64,000 nucleotides of DNA from the human T2T-CHM13v2.0 reference genome, Homo sapiens, in NCBI RefSeq assembly GCF_009914755.1, contig NC_060926.1. One strand, written 5' to 3'. A program made the translations under genes and the position numbers. Shown one piece after another: positions 1-16,290 of the stretch. Positions within the stretch are counted from its first letter, which is position 1; the number at the start of each line of letters is the position of its first letter. Below the pieces are notes generated by a model. It saw nothing but the letters and a program-made list of their open reading frames with translations. It was not told the origin of the DNA and searched no databases.

Positions 1-239
1 AATAAATTTTTAATTGCAGCTTACCATAGTTTTTATTTTAAAACATAAAAGTACTTTTAAAATAGTTGCATTGAGTTAGTTGTTTTACACATATAAACTA
101 TACGGGAATCAGGATGAAGTGATTCGACAGAGATTCTGTTAGTTATTTTGGATTATATATGACTCATAGCATCCAGGTTTCATCCATGCCTTCATTATGC
201 AGTGAGAAATTTGTCTTCATTTCACTGTAATATGTACAG

Positions 240-517
240 AAATCTCCCCAACGAAAGGAAATACACACCCTGATGCACCACATGACCTCCCATCTATAAT
301 CCCCTTTATTTGCTGCATTTGGCAGGAGAATGCTGAGAGAAAAGGTGCCTCTGAGCCCATAGAACATGTTCAAAGCAGAGCTCTTACCCGAAGCAAGAGA
401 GAAAGACCACAGCAGGTAACATCACAGCCACTGGCAGAGCCTGTGATCCAGGCCTGTGGACCTCCACATCATTCCATGAAAGTGACATTTGAAGATAATA
501 CCTTGATCAAACACTAA
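240..517 (+). CDS. Candidate coding exon of an unidentified gene (terminal exon 240-517, or internal 90-nt exon 326-415)
   Basis: Non-repetitive, relatively GC-richer stretch with a stop-free frame 206-514. Acceptor-like tgtacag ends at 239, then (E)ISPTKGNTHPDAPHDLPSIIPFICCIWQENAERKGASEPIEHVQSRALTRSKRERPQQVTSQPLAEPVIQACGPPHHSMKVTFEDNTLIKH*. Alternative splice pair tttggcag|326 and 415|gtaac gives an in-frame 90-nt exon. Protein not recognised. Confidence 0.3.
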
Positions 518-834
518 AATGCAAAGAACCAGTAATAATTATCCTGAAACATAAAGATGTATGGATCAGGGCAATACACCATTCATAGTAGAAGAGCAGA
601 GTGGATCTGGGCGATTTTCACATCTGCATTGGTTAAAGGTTTATCAATATCTTATTGAAGGAAACCAAAGTCCAATTTGAGAAATCACTGCATTCCCTTT
701 GAAATGAATTACACATATGTACATTAAAAAACAGTATCTCACGTTTGTTTATTATTATCTTAATTATCTGCCATTTGGATTTAAGATATTGATGCTAAAG
801 TGGGAAAAACCAGTGACATAGAGGACACTTAAAG

Positions 835-2600
835 CAATGGTTCCCAAACCTTTTTGTCTAAGAATATTTAAACTCTTAAAAAAAATTAAGGACCCTAAAG
901 AGCTTATGTGTGCATGAATTTTAGCTATGAATATTTGCCAATTTAGAAATTAAAACTAACAATATTAAAAGAAATAATTTATTAATTTATTTAACACTAA
1001 AAATAAATTCATTACATTTTAACATAAAACATGTTTTAAATAAATATATTTTCCAAAATCAAAAAATCAGTAAGAAGTGTCATTTCTTACTTTTTTGAAA
1101 ATCTCTGTTTTAGCTGGCTTAATAGAAGACAGCAAGATTCTTCTATCTGCTTCTTCATTCAATCAGTTGTGGCATGTCATATCGGTTGGTATATGTGGAG
1201 AAAATCCTTTATCACACAGACATGTAATTAGAAAAGGGAGGAACATTTTAATAGCCATCTCAGATAATTATGAATATTCTTCTTTTGTATGACATCAAAA
1301 CTTGAACAAATTGTAGTTCTTAAAAGGCAGTTTCAATACAGAATTCAGAACTGTATAGCTACACTTTTTCTACTGTTTTGGGGTCTTGCATTAAAATTCA
1401 TTTTAATCTATCTTACACAATGAATGGATATTTTACTCATGATGATTTTGTAACATGCATTGGTCATTTAGGAAATACTTGTTCAACGGGTTATCCAGCT
1501 TTTCCAAATATTGACACACTTTAAATAATATCAAAAATCGTATTTGTTAATAAAAGCACAGACCTCAGTAGAAAAGTCTTTATGCATTGGAAACCTATCA
1601 AGCTTATGGTGGCAGATATGTTTTCCATAATTCTGGAGCATATACAGATTAGAATATCTCAGCTTTTATCATTAGCCATTTTCTAGTGGTTTTTTATTTT
1701 TATTTTTTAATTATACTTTAAGTTCTGGGATACATGTGCAGAACGTGCAGGTTTGTTACATAGGTATACACGTGCCATGGTGGTTTTCTGCACCCATCAA
1801 CCCGTCATCTACATTAGGTATTTCTCCTAATGCTATCCATCCCCTAGTCTCCCATACCCTGACAGGCCCCACTGTGTGATGTTCCCTTCCCTGTGTCCCT
1901 GTGTTCTTATTGTTCAACTCCCACTTATGAGTGAGAACTTGCATTGTTTGGTTTACTGTTCCTGTGTTAATTTGCTGGTTTCCAGCTTCATCCATGTCCT
2001 TGCAAAGGACATGAGCTCATCTTTTTTTATATCTGCATAGTATTCCATGGTGTATATGTGCCACGTTTTCTTTATCCAGTCTACTATTGATGGTCATTTG
2101 GGTTGGTTCCAAGTCTTTGCTATTGTGAACAGTGCTGCAATAAACATACATGTGCATGTATCTTTATAGTAGAATGATTATAATTCTTTGGGTAATGGGA
2201 TTGCTGGGTCAAATGGTATTTCTGATTCTAGATCCTTGAGGAAGTCAGGAAACAACAGATGCTAGAGAGGATATGGAGAAATAGGAACGCTTTTACCCTG
2301 TTGGTGGGAGTGTAAATTAGTTCAACCAGTGTGGAAGACAGTGTGGTGATCATTAGCCATTTTTAAGTAAAGTGTTCACATTATTCATTTCTGAAATAAT
2401 GTCGATCAAATACCCAATACTGAATAGCCATAATTTGTGTATGTCATTCTTTCAATTTAAATAATGTTCTAAAAGAACATTTAATTCAATTGCTTACAAC
2501 TTAAATAATTATATAGATTTTTATTTTTTTTTATTTTTGTTATTGTTCCTTTGAAATAACTGTCTCACATTGGTATGCAGCAGAAGAGCTTGATGTGGAC
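835..2600. mobile_element. Charlie1-type hAT DNA transposon relic, interrupted by an L1PA
   Basis: caatggttcccaaacctttttg...actcttaaaa...gaccctaaagagctt resembles the Charlie1 terminus; continues on both sides of the L1 insertion. Confidence 0.65.
1683..2350 (-). mobile_element. L1PA (about PA6-PA8) 3' end with 5' inversion
   Basis: Antisense L1 3'UTR ~1690-2243, then a sense segment 2244-2350; 15-bp TSD atcattagccatttt at 1668-1682 and 2349-2363. Confidence 0.9.
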
Positions 2601-2893
2601 TGCTTTGTTAGCCATCTAGGGGTTCTCCGCTGAGCCCATGTGACTCAAAATTGGACCTTGTCCATTGGATGATTTCTGCAAAAACAGCAGAATAAATAGC
2701 TCCAAGAGGTTGTCTCTCCACAGAAATATCAAAAATCAGAGATTCTATGACCTTCAAAGCTTAAGGTAGTCATGATTTGGTTTTCACAGAAAAAGTTGCT
2801 GACCTCTGAATTTGATCATTAGATTCATAGACATGATGCACCTTAACAACGTAACATGGCTTAGTTCAAAATGCCCAAGAGAAGTAGATTTGA

Positions 2894-3193
<300 letters not shown>

Positions 3194-3750
3194 GAACCTT
3201 TTGCTTTTAACACGATAGTAAAATTCTGGTTACTTTGACAATGCCTGCACACCACTCTGTAGCCTAAAAAAATTGTGATTTCGAAGCCAATTAACCTCAT
3301 TCCTGATAATAATTAAAAATAAATAGACTCTATAATATTTAGTAACTGTCAAGCACTAAGTAATTATTATGAGTGATCCATCAAGGCAACTGTCGAACAG
3401 CTCATCCTGTTGACTGCAGGCAAATTTCTTACTAATAAAGTAATGAAAATCCATACTTTCCTGAGTTTACACACAGCAAATGATGCAAACATAGATCCAA
3501 TCTTTGAGCTGTCTACTGAGGGCACAGAAAATGACATAGATTATTCCTACTCATTTTAAAACTTAAGGTTCATTTTGTCTTGCAAATGCAAACAAACAAA
3601 AACAAAAAAACAAAAATCTTACTTGACTGTGATGTTTAAAAACGTAAACACATGTATGAACAAATTCCTATCGTTTCTGTGCTTGGCCGGCCTCAGCTCT
3701 GTTTTATTATAATCTGTACAGCTCTTTAATTATTTTAAGCTCTATGTGAG

Positions 3751-4111
3751 TGTTAAGGAGTGAAATTTGTGTCCCCCAAATATTCACATATTGAAATACT
3801 AACCACCACTGTGATGGTATTAGAAAGTGGGGCTTTTGAGAAGTAATTAGATTGTGAGGTAGATCTATCATGAATGGGATTAGCACCCTTATTAGATGAA
3901 ATAAGATAGCTTTCTCTTTCTTTTCTCTGCCATGTGAGGATACAGCAAGAAGACATCAATTTGAAAAAGAGGAAGCATGTCCCCACCAGACACTTGATCT
4001 GTCAGGGCTTTTGTCTTGGCTTTTCTAGCCTCCAGAACTGTGAGAAATTCATTTCAACTTTTTAAGCCACCCATTCTGTGGTATTCTGTTGTAGCAGTCT
4101 GAGCTAAGACA
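3751..4111 (+). mobile_element. MLT1A-type MaLR LTR
   Basis: tgt...gtcccccaaatattcacatattgaa...cctccagaactgtgagaaat...ctaagaca. Confidence 0.85.
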
Positions 4112-5175
4112 CTGACATAGAAACTAAAGCACAAACTCTTCGAGTTCTGAGCTTTCTGCCCCTACATAGTTAAATTATCTATATTCCTGACAGCTTTCCT
4201 GGTCAGAGCTTTCTTTTATAATGGATTTTAAAATGAATTGCTGCCAGTAGAGCAGACTATCAATTTAAATGTATCTATAGGTACTATGAAATACAACTCT
4301 TACTTGGTTTGTCAAAATACCTCCATATAGACAGGAAACAGCATAATATGATATAATTAATAGATAATTTGTTTTGTGGACAATTTAGTGAGTAATCTTT
4401 CTCCCTGTATTTACTAAACCTAAAGAGTAGGCCAAAATATCTCAACGTAGGTAGAGACATAAATTATTCTAAGGGATAATTAAATATCTTCTTCTGTATA
4501 TAATCATTAAATTATATTTTACAGAGGAAATATTAACGTAGGAAATATTTGCAAGGCTTTTGTTTTTCAATTTAGAAATTTTGTGTTCCAGGACACTGCT
4601 AATAGAGTTTTAAACTTCATCTTCACAATTTCCTAAATAATATAGACTAGACAGATGCTAATATATATGATGGCTCATTATCGTTTGAAATAAATTATAT
4701 TTCCTTAAGTACCTGAAATAAGAATGGATAATGATCATTATGGAGCAAATTCAAAAAAAAAAAAAAGTAGGATAAAGAACACTGCAAATTATATCAACTT
4801 GAACTTCAAATATTGTATGTAATGAAGCAACTTCAATTTACGGTTCGATAACAGGGTCTTTCTGCCATTACATAAAATTTACACCTATGGATGTGTAAGC
4901 TAGAGTGTGATGCATGTATTAAATGGTTAAATATTTCATTTATCAATGCCATTCTTGGCAGTAAATTCTTCACTGCTGAAGAATCATCAACACAATGTTA
5001 TAAAAGCATAAATTATATTTATAATGAACTTAAGGCTTTATCTAAAACATCTTAGACACAAGTATATATTAATTTTAAAAATCTTCAGAAGAGATAATTC
5101 TATATATTCCTTTCCCAACTTCTAGATTATAGACTCCTCATTCTGCATAAATTAACTGCATTAAGTTTTACTTTA

Positions 5176-5527
5176 TGTATTAGTCTGTTCTCATGCTGTT
5201 AATAAAGACATATCCAAGACTGGGTAATTTATAAAGGAAAGAGGCTTAATTGACTCACAGTTCTATAGGGCTGGGAAGCATCAGGAAACTTCCAATCATG
5301 GCAGAAGATGAAGCAAACACATAGCAGCAGCAAGGAGAAGTGCAGAGCAAAGTGGGGGAAAGCCCCTTATAAAACCACCAGATCTTATGAGAACCGACTT
5401 GCTATCATGAGAACAGCATGGAGGTAACCAACCCCATGAGTCAATGACCTCCCACTGGGTCCTTCCCATGACACATGGGGATTATGGGAACTACAGTTCT
5501 GGGTGAGGACACAGTCAAATCATATCA
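5176..5527 (-). mobile_element. THE1 (THE1C-like) solo LTR
   Basis: tgtattagtctgttctcatgctg...gacacagtcaaatcatatca. Confidence 0.88.
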
Positions 5528-5904
5528 ATTTATCCGTATGACATGTGGTATCCTCTTATCCTGTCCTCAGGGAAATAGAGGTATTGGTCAAAATAGATCA
5601 GTATTTAATAGGAAGTCATAATATGTTTCCCTATAAAATTTAACTTATAATTCTAAGAATTTCACTTAGTTTATCTCCCTCATCTAGCTCAAATGTCATC
5701 TTCTCTATAATATCCACTGTAAATATTTTGCCTTTACCATGCAATTATAAACAGATTATTTTGGTGTCCTGCCCAGTTATTTCATGTCTGTCTTTACTTG
5801 TCATACCAATCAAGGACTATGTGTTTTATATTTTGGTAGCACTTACATAATTGCAAGGAAAATATATCAAACTAGTTGTTATGTTTAAAATATGGACTTT
5901 TAAA

Positions 5905-7705
5905 ATAAAATCATCAAAGCAGGAGGCTACAAAGTCAACACATAATAGTTACATTTTAATACACTAAGAATGAAAGAAATTAAGAAAGCAATCCCATTTA
6001 CAATAGTATCAAAAAGAATAAAATACTTAGGAATTAAGCAAGGAATTGGAAAACTCCTACACTAAAAATTACAAAACATTGCTGAAAGAAATTGAAGAAG
6101 ACGTAATGGAAAGACATTCACATTCATGAAGTAGAAGAAAATATTGTAAGATGTCAGTGCTACCCAAGATGATCTAAAATTCAATATGATCCCTATAAAA
6201 ATCCCAATGATGTCATTTGCAGAAGTTGGAACAAAAATACTAAAATGTTATGAAATCTCAAGGTATCCTGAACTCTTTTTCACAAAGTTCTTTTTGGAGC
6301 AAAAAGAACAAAGCTGAAGATCTCACATTTCCTGATTTCAAACTTCCTAAAAGTCTACAGTAATAAAAAGAGTGGGGTACCGGCATAAAAGCAGACATAC
6401 ATACCTCCATAGAGAGTCCCAAAATAAACCCTCATACGTATGGTCAAGAGATTTTCAACAAGGGTGCCAAGATCATACAGTGGGAAAAGAAGAGTCTTTT
6501 CAACAAATGGTGCTGAGAAAACTGGATATTAAAAAAAAAAAAGATCAAAAGTATAAATGTAAACCTAACATTATAAAACTCTTAGAAGAAAACAGAGGAC
6601 AAAGCTTTACAACCTTGGGTATGGCACTGATTTCTTTGATATGACAACAAAGGCATATGCAAGAAAAGAAAAAAATTAACAAATTGGACTTTATACAAAT
6701 TTTGAAAACTTCTGCATCAAAAGACACTATCAAAACACTAAAAACCAACCCACTGAATGGGAGAAATTATTTGTAAATTATATACCTGATAGGGATTAAT
6801 ATCCAGAATATATGGAGACACAAAATACAATCTGATTCAAAAATGGTCGAAGGACTTGAACAGACATTTCTTCCATAGAAGATATTCAAACAACTAAGTG
6901 CATGAAAAGGTACTCAACACCACTAATCATTAGGTAAATGCAAATCAAAACTACAATGAGCTACCACCTCACCCCCATTATGATGGCCACTATTAAAAAA
7001 AATAGAAAATAACAAATGTTGGTGAGGCTGTGGAAAAATTCAAACTCTCGTGAAGTGTTGGTGGAAATGTAAAATGGTACATCCACTCTGAAAACAGTGT
7101 GGTGGTTCCTCAAAAATAAAATAAAAATAGAAATACCATATTATCCAAAAATGTTATTTCTGGGTATACACCCAAAGAATTAAAATCAAGGTTTCAAAGA
7201 GATATTTGTACAGTCTGTTAAAGCAGCATTTTTCACAATAGGTAAAAGATGGAAGCAAACCAAGCGTTTATGCATGCGTAAGTGAATAAGTAAAATAAAT
7301 GTTCAATATAAAAACACTGGAATATTATTCAGCCTTAAAAAGGAAGGAAATTCTGACATTATTCACCAAAGTGGATGAATCTTGAGGATATTATGCTAAG
7401 TGAATTAAGCCAGTCACAAAAAGACAAATACTGTATAATTCTACTTACATTAGGTATTTAGAGTAGTCAAAATCAGAGAGACAAAGTAGAATTATGGTTT
7501 CCTGAGGCTGGTGGGAAGGAGAAATGAGGAGTTGTTATTTCTGGGGTATAGAATTCCAGTTTTACAAGAAGAAAACAGTTTTGAAGATGAATCATGGTGA
7601 TAATTGTACAATACAAAGGTATTTAATGCCACTGAATTGTGCACTACAAATACTTAAGATGGAAATTTTATATTTTGTGTATTTTACCATAGTAAAAAAA
7701 TTGAA
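5905..7705 (+). mobile_element. L1MB-type 3' ORF2 remnant and 3'UTR
   Basis: Degenerate ORF2 motifs (tttcaacaaatggtgctgagaaaactgg) followed by an L1MB-like 3' end and A tail. Confidence 0.85.
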
Positions 7706-7756
7706 GGAAAAGAAAGTCAATCCCCCATATTAATATTATTAACTATTTATCTAAAG

Positions 7757-7930
7757 CAATGGCTATCAAACTTGAATGTACATCAAACTCACTTGGAGGG
7801 CTTTTCATAAAGCATTGCTTGGTCTAACCTGGAGAGTTTCTGATTCAGAAGGTGAGGGTAAAACCTCAGCACTGGTGCTTCTAACAAGTGTTCAGGTGAA
7901 GCTGGTGCTGCTGGTCAAAGGACCATGGAT
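7757..7930. mobile_element. MER5A-like hAT MITE
   Basis: caatggctatcaaacttgaatgtacatca...tttctgattcag...ctaacaag...gctgctggtc. Confidence 0.7.
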
Positions 7931-8371
7931 CTAAATGAATGATACATTCTAGAAGAAATTCCAGTTTAAAAATAGAATAGTGTCAGGAAGGAAACATTTT
8001 AACGTTTCTACATGGATAGGACTTTCTGAGGATAGAAAACTGGAATCTGGGCTTATGAGAATTTGAAGTTAATAGTAATTAGACCATCAGAAGAAATACA
8101 CCTGCTCAGTGGGATATGTTTACTTTTCAGAGAAAAAAATTGGAGCTGTGAAGGTATTCCAGGAGTCATAAATTCAGAGAGGCTAGACTTATTTTTCCCC
8201 TGGAAATAGTGATTTTATATTTGAAAGGATAAGAATCCTGGATATTTTCCTTTTTTATCCTAAGGGGTAATTTTTTTATCTTAGGAAGATATGTTTCTCT
8301 CCCTCTCTCAAGAGGGAAGTATGACTGTTGCATTAGTTGTCCTGTATAACCATCAGTGTTCTTCACCTGTA

Positions 8372-8561
8372 GTATAGACTCTAGTGTGTACATATATATA
8401 CATATGTATATATAGTGTATATATAGTGTGTATATATATATTGTGTGTATATATATATAGTGTGCATATATATATAGTGTGTGCATATATATATATATAT
8501 ATATAGTGTGTGTATATATATGTGGTATAGACTCTAGTGTATGTGTGTATATATATATATG
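8372..8561. repeat. Compound (TA)n/(TG)n microsatellite with a 16-bp direct repeat
   Basis: gtatagactctagtgt at 8372 and 8525 brackets degenerate TATATAGTGTG units. Confidence 0.9.
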
Positions 8562-8764
8562 TGGGATCTTATCTGATTCTCATTGTGTTTCCCCGAGAAA
8601 GGCAAAATTGGAGTGTGGGGAACGAGTGTGCCTCTTGCTGTAAATAAATGATAGTAAATCTCTGCCTGTCTCAGAAAACTCATGTCATGTCTTACAGGAA
8701 AAAAATACTGATATAAAACATTATCAAATACATTATCATATGTACAATTTTTGAAGCCAGTGTT

Positions 8765-9510
8765 TTCTACAATCAAGCATCTCACTTTTAGGTATTTACC
8801 CAAATGAATACAAAATTTATGTCTGCACAAAAAAACTGCAAATAAATGTTTATAGAAGCTCTATTTATAATTGCCAAAACTTGGAAGCATGCAAGATGTC
8901 CTTTAATAGGCAAATAGAACAGCAAACTGTTGTACATTTGTACAGTAAGATATCATTCTGTGATTAAAAAATGAGTTATTAATTACAAAAAGATGTTGAG
9001 GAGACTTAAATACACATTGCTAAGCAAAAGAAGCCTATCTGAAAAGGATTTTTACCATACTGTCCGACTGTATGACATTCTGAAAAAGACAAAATTAAGA
9101 CAACCAATGGTTGTCAGGAGTTTGAAGGATGGAGGGAAGATAAAATAATGGAACACAGCAGATTTTTAGGACAGATAAACTATTCTGCATAATCCTGTAA
9201 TGGCGGTACATGTCATTACACATTAGGCAAAATGAGTAGAATGTCCAAAAGGAGTGAATCCTAGTATGTTATAGAGGTATTTAATAATGTATCAATTTGG
9301 CTTATCAATTGTAGCAAATGCATCACAATAACGTCAGATGTTAATAACAGAGGAAACTGGAGTGTTGTGGGTGTAGGTTAGGGGAAAAAAGAGTGGAGGA
9401 TATGGGAACTCTGAATTTTCCACTGAGTTTTTCTATAAACATAAAAATACTCCAACAAAACAAACAAATGAAACCACTCCAACAAAGTTTATTAATTTAA
9501 AAATGAAAAT
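8765..9510 (+). mobile_element. L1MC-type 3' end
   Basis: ggtatttacccaaatgaa...aagcctatctgaaaagg...tacatgtcattacacatt...gatgttaataacagagga. Confidence 0.8.
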
Positions 9511-10221
9511 ACAACAGATTAATCCTTTCTATTTCTAATTAAAATCATTTTAAATTGGAATAAAAGCCACCACGAATAACAGTTTTTTAGTTTTTTGTTT
9601 GTATATGCTGGCTTCTCAGCCCTTTGAAAATATTTTTTCTTCTGTCAGAATTTTTTTGGCTCCAATCACTTTTGTGTTCTATTTTAATTTTTCCAATAAC
9701 AATAAAACAATCATACTTCTATGTTTCTCCTTCTTTTCTAATACAATTGTCAAGAGCAAGTGGATTAATTTGTATAAAATATATATTTATACATTTATTT
9801 ATAAGTATATAGTTTATAAATAATTATATTTAATTATACTACAATTAAATATATTTATATATGTATATAATATATATGTATGTATTATATACATGTATAA
9901 TTTATATATATAAATTATAAAGACTCACAACTTCTGCTTTTGCTGTGGCAGTTAAAAGCCAACAACAGAAGTGAAAATAAACCTCTTGGCACAATACAAA
10001 AGTCAGTGAATACTATTAAAGTAAAAAAATCAGTGTAGTTCCTAATTGCTAATGCCTAAGGCCTGAATAAGTGTGTTTTATGCATATCAAAAATCCTTTT
10101 TCCCTCGGTTTTGTTTCCTAAGTTCAATGTTTGGGAATACATAATACAGTACCTAATGCTTTTCTCTTTTCAACTTACTTTCTAAATTAATTTAAAGATA
10201 GACACAAGATACAGACAAACG

Positions 10222-10554
<333 letters not shown>

Positions 10555-10899
10555 TTAAAAATCGCCTTTATTATTGATGACAAATGTTGGAGGGTATAAC
10601 TTAGGCATGTGTATTCAGAAAAAATGCATAAGACTTTCTTAGGCTATCATTCAAGGTCTTAGAAGGAAATAAAATTTGCCACATATGGTTCAAATAAAAA
10701 TACTTTTATAAGTGACTTCTTAAAGGGAGATGTGGAGTTAAAAGGACAAATGATATTGAGAAACCTAGGGACAAAAATGTGTTGAAAGTAATTGCCAACA
10801 TTTGGGGTGACGAAGCCGAGGGAAGAAATAGTGAAGCTGGAGCTCACTGGGAGTTAGAGCCACAGGGAAAGGTTTCCTGGTGGGAGCTGTAGTCACAGA

Positions 10900-11495
10900 G
10901 CAATGACTCTATGACCAGAGATGGACTTCCCCCCTCAAGCCCACAGGTATCTCTTCTCTACAAGGGTTTTCTCAACCACCACACCCAGGAGCTTGCTGAG
11001 GCAGACAGACATGGCTCTGAATAAAGTCAGGAAGTGGGAAAGGGAACACAGAGTTATGTAATCAGAGCCAGCTTAAACATAATAGAAAAGGGAGTCAGTA
11101 TTTGTGTCCTCTGAGGAAAGGATTTTTACACATGTTCCATATGGTTTCTCAAGGTTGATTCTTACTTGCTTCTGGTGGCACTACACTAGAATTGCCAGAT
11201 TAAGTAAATAAAAATACAGGGTGTCCACTTAAAATTGAATTTTAGACATGCAGTAAATAATTTTTAGGTTAATATGTCTCTTGCAAAATTTGGCATGTAC
11301 TTATATGTAAAAAAAAGTATTTGCTGTTTATTTAAAATTTAAATTTACCTGGGTGCCTTGTATTTTATCTGGCAAGCCTCTACCACACTCAATAACCCTT
11401 ATCCCATAATCCAATATGTGCCTCCTGAGTTCACCTTTCAAATAAATAGGTACTCAATTCATCATTTCAAGGTTTGGTTTTGGGAAAATGTTTTG
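10900..11495 (+). mobile_element. Old ERVL LTR relic (LTR16-like) hosting the MER53
   Basis: 3' part cacctttcaaataaatagg...ttcaaggtttggttttgggaaaa resembles an LTR16-family end; boundaries uncertain. Confidence 0.4.
11187..11381. mobile_element. MER53 palindromic hAT MITE
   Basis: tagaattgccagat...aaatacagg...attgaattt paired with aaatttaaattt...tgtattttatctggcaagcc; the element is one long imperfect inverted repeat. Confidence 0.85.
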
Positions 11496-13059
11496 CATGT
11501 GAACCTGATACAGTAAATGAAGCATTAGAAAATTTAGGAAAAATATTACAGTAAGACTTGGAGGAAGAAGCGATCAGTTAAAACTAGGTAAATATACCTT
11601 TGGTGACTATATTCCCTATGAAATAAAGAAGCAAACTAATGATGAGCAATTCCGCAGTGAGCTGATGCTGCCTTACCATTGATTAGAGGAATGAGAGTAT
11701 TCTCTGACTGTAAAGATTGCTGGTTTAACAAAGGCTCATTGGTACCATTTTACCTAATTTTGATAATTAAAGAGAGCAAGAGCAAAGACTTGGAAACAGA
11801 AATCACAGTAGAGAGTAGATGTTCAAACTTCTTGTATAGGGAAAAAAATCCTGGAAGAGGGGTAAAAATAGCAACTGGTGGCAGGGCATGTCATCTCACA
11901 AAACCTCCTAGGAGAGATTTGAAGCCATCTGCTGATTTCATACTATAATGGCTCACGGTGGTAAGCAATGGATCCTTTTGAGTGTTTGTTTGTTTTTGTT
12001 TCTTTTAGTTTAAATATTGAGGCTCAATTTGCATTATTTCTTAGATGCTTTAACAAAAATATTCCATAATATTTTTGGCAGAATAAGAGCAGACATTTAT
12101 AAAAGGGGAAAGAAGTTGTGGCAATATAAATATTGGTAATGTTATATATGTTTTGTGAGATATGATATTTATTCTCAGGTCAGAATGCATCAGTGGTATA
12201 AATATTAGGAACAGGAAACCCAGCCATTACTGCTCAAGTGACTAAGGTACAGCAAAATACACACTTAACCAAGTTCTAATTGAACCTGCTAACTGGGAAC
12301 CTCTAGAGTTACTGAAGTAGAGAACTGTGATAAAATTCAAATAGCTCTGACTCCCTGGAGAACAAGAGGATATTGGATTTTTTCATTAAAGAAATGATGC
12401 ATGCAGGTGTATAGATACCTTCAAACTCTTCATATAATAGGCCTGTCTGTCCTGTAAAATCAACAACTGATAGGACTTGGTGACTCTCAATGCTCAAGAA
12501 AGTCATTTTCTAATTGCATCATTGTCACAGTCACTATGGGAGAAGAAATTCAGTAAGGTGGAGGGAAGTTGCACAAGCTACTCTCTCACTAATACTTTCT
12601 TTTCCATTCACTTTTTCCCGCAATATTTATATCCATAAATAAATTGTTTTATATAAGAAGAAATGAAATATATTTTTGCCATGATTTCCCACAATATGTT
12701 AATGCCCCTGCTTTTTGTCCTAATGTAATAAAAAATTACTGTAAAATTACTACAGCTAAAATTAATTACATCGATTTACTATTGTATAAAACAATTTTTA
12801 AGGAAGAGTGCATTCTTAATTAGAGAAGATGTTATTAAACATGATGTCCCTATGTTGGCTGATAAATAATTGTATCAGCCAGAAAATACTACAGAAAAGT
12901 TTAATTTCTATATTTTTGTGAGATAAGGGTGTTGGCTGAAGAGAGCTCTGTTGTTTTGGTTTTCTGGCATGATCCAGAAGAAGATTGGCATTTGCAGTAT
13001 GGGACACAATTGACTAATATATCTCACTACTTGCCTTATGAATGACAATTATCTCAGCT

Positions 13060-13235
13060 TTACCATTTATTGGCTCTGAGATCATGGGAAAGTTATTTTC
13101 CTCTTTGTGCTTTAGTTTCCTCATGCATAAAATGAGGATAATATAGTCACTGAGTTTGTTATGAGCAACAACTAATTTATACATTTAAAGAGTTGAAAAG
13201 TGACTGGTGGCTAAGAAATGCTTACTAAATATCAT
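13060..13235 (+). mobile_element. MIR SINE
   Basis: ctctttgtgctttagtttcctcatgcataaaatgaggataata core. Confidence 0.75.
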
Positions 13236-13418
13236 CTAATTCTAGTTCTTTTTCAGATTGTATAAATCTTTTGCCTTTTACTAAAGAAATGGTCAGCAAA
13301 TATTAGCGACTGCATTGCTTTGGGGTACTGGTCAGCACTGAACTCACCAAAGAGAGCTGTTAAATAACTGAAAAGAAAGATTCCAGTAAAATACTATGTC
13401 AAGAAGGAGAAAGAGAAC

Positions 13419-13430
13419 AAGAGCGAGAGA

Positions 13431-13470
<40 letters not shown>
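13419..13470. repeat. (GA)n microsatellite
   Basis: Direct observation. Confidence 0.95.
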
Positions 13471-13474
<4 letters not shown>

Positions 13475-13709
13475 CTACTAATAAAGGAGAAGCTAAAAAA
13501 TTTTACCAATTAAATATAAATATGTAAATTATACACTCGGGAACATGAAAAATGAATAAGGCTGGATCTGAACATATCTCTAAATCCACAGGCAAGACAC
13601 AGATGCTTCCCTAGTCTGACTAAATCTCTAGACAATTTATTTCCAGAAATAATGTATGAGGACTATGATTTTAAAAAATACATTTTAGGTGGGGGAGGAT
13701 GAGTAGGAA

Positions 13710-16290
<2,581 letters not shown>

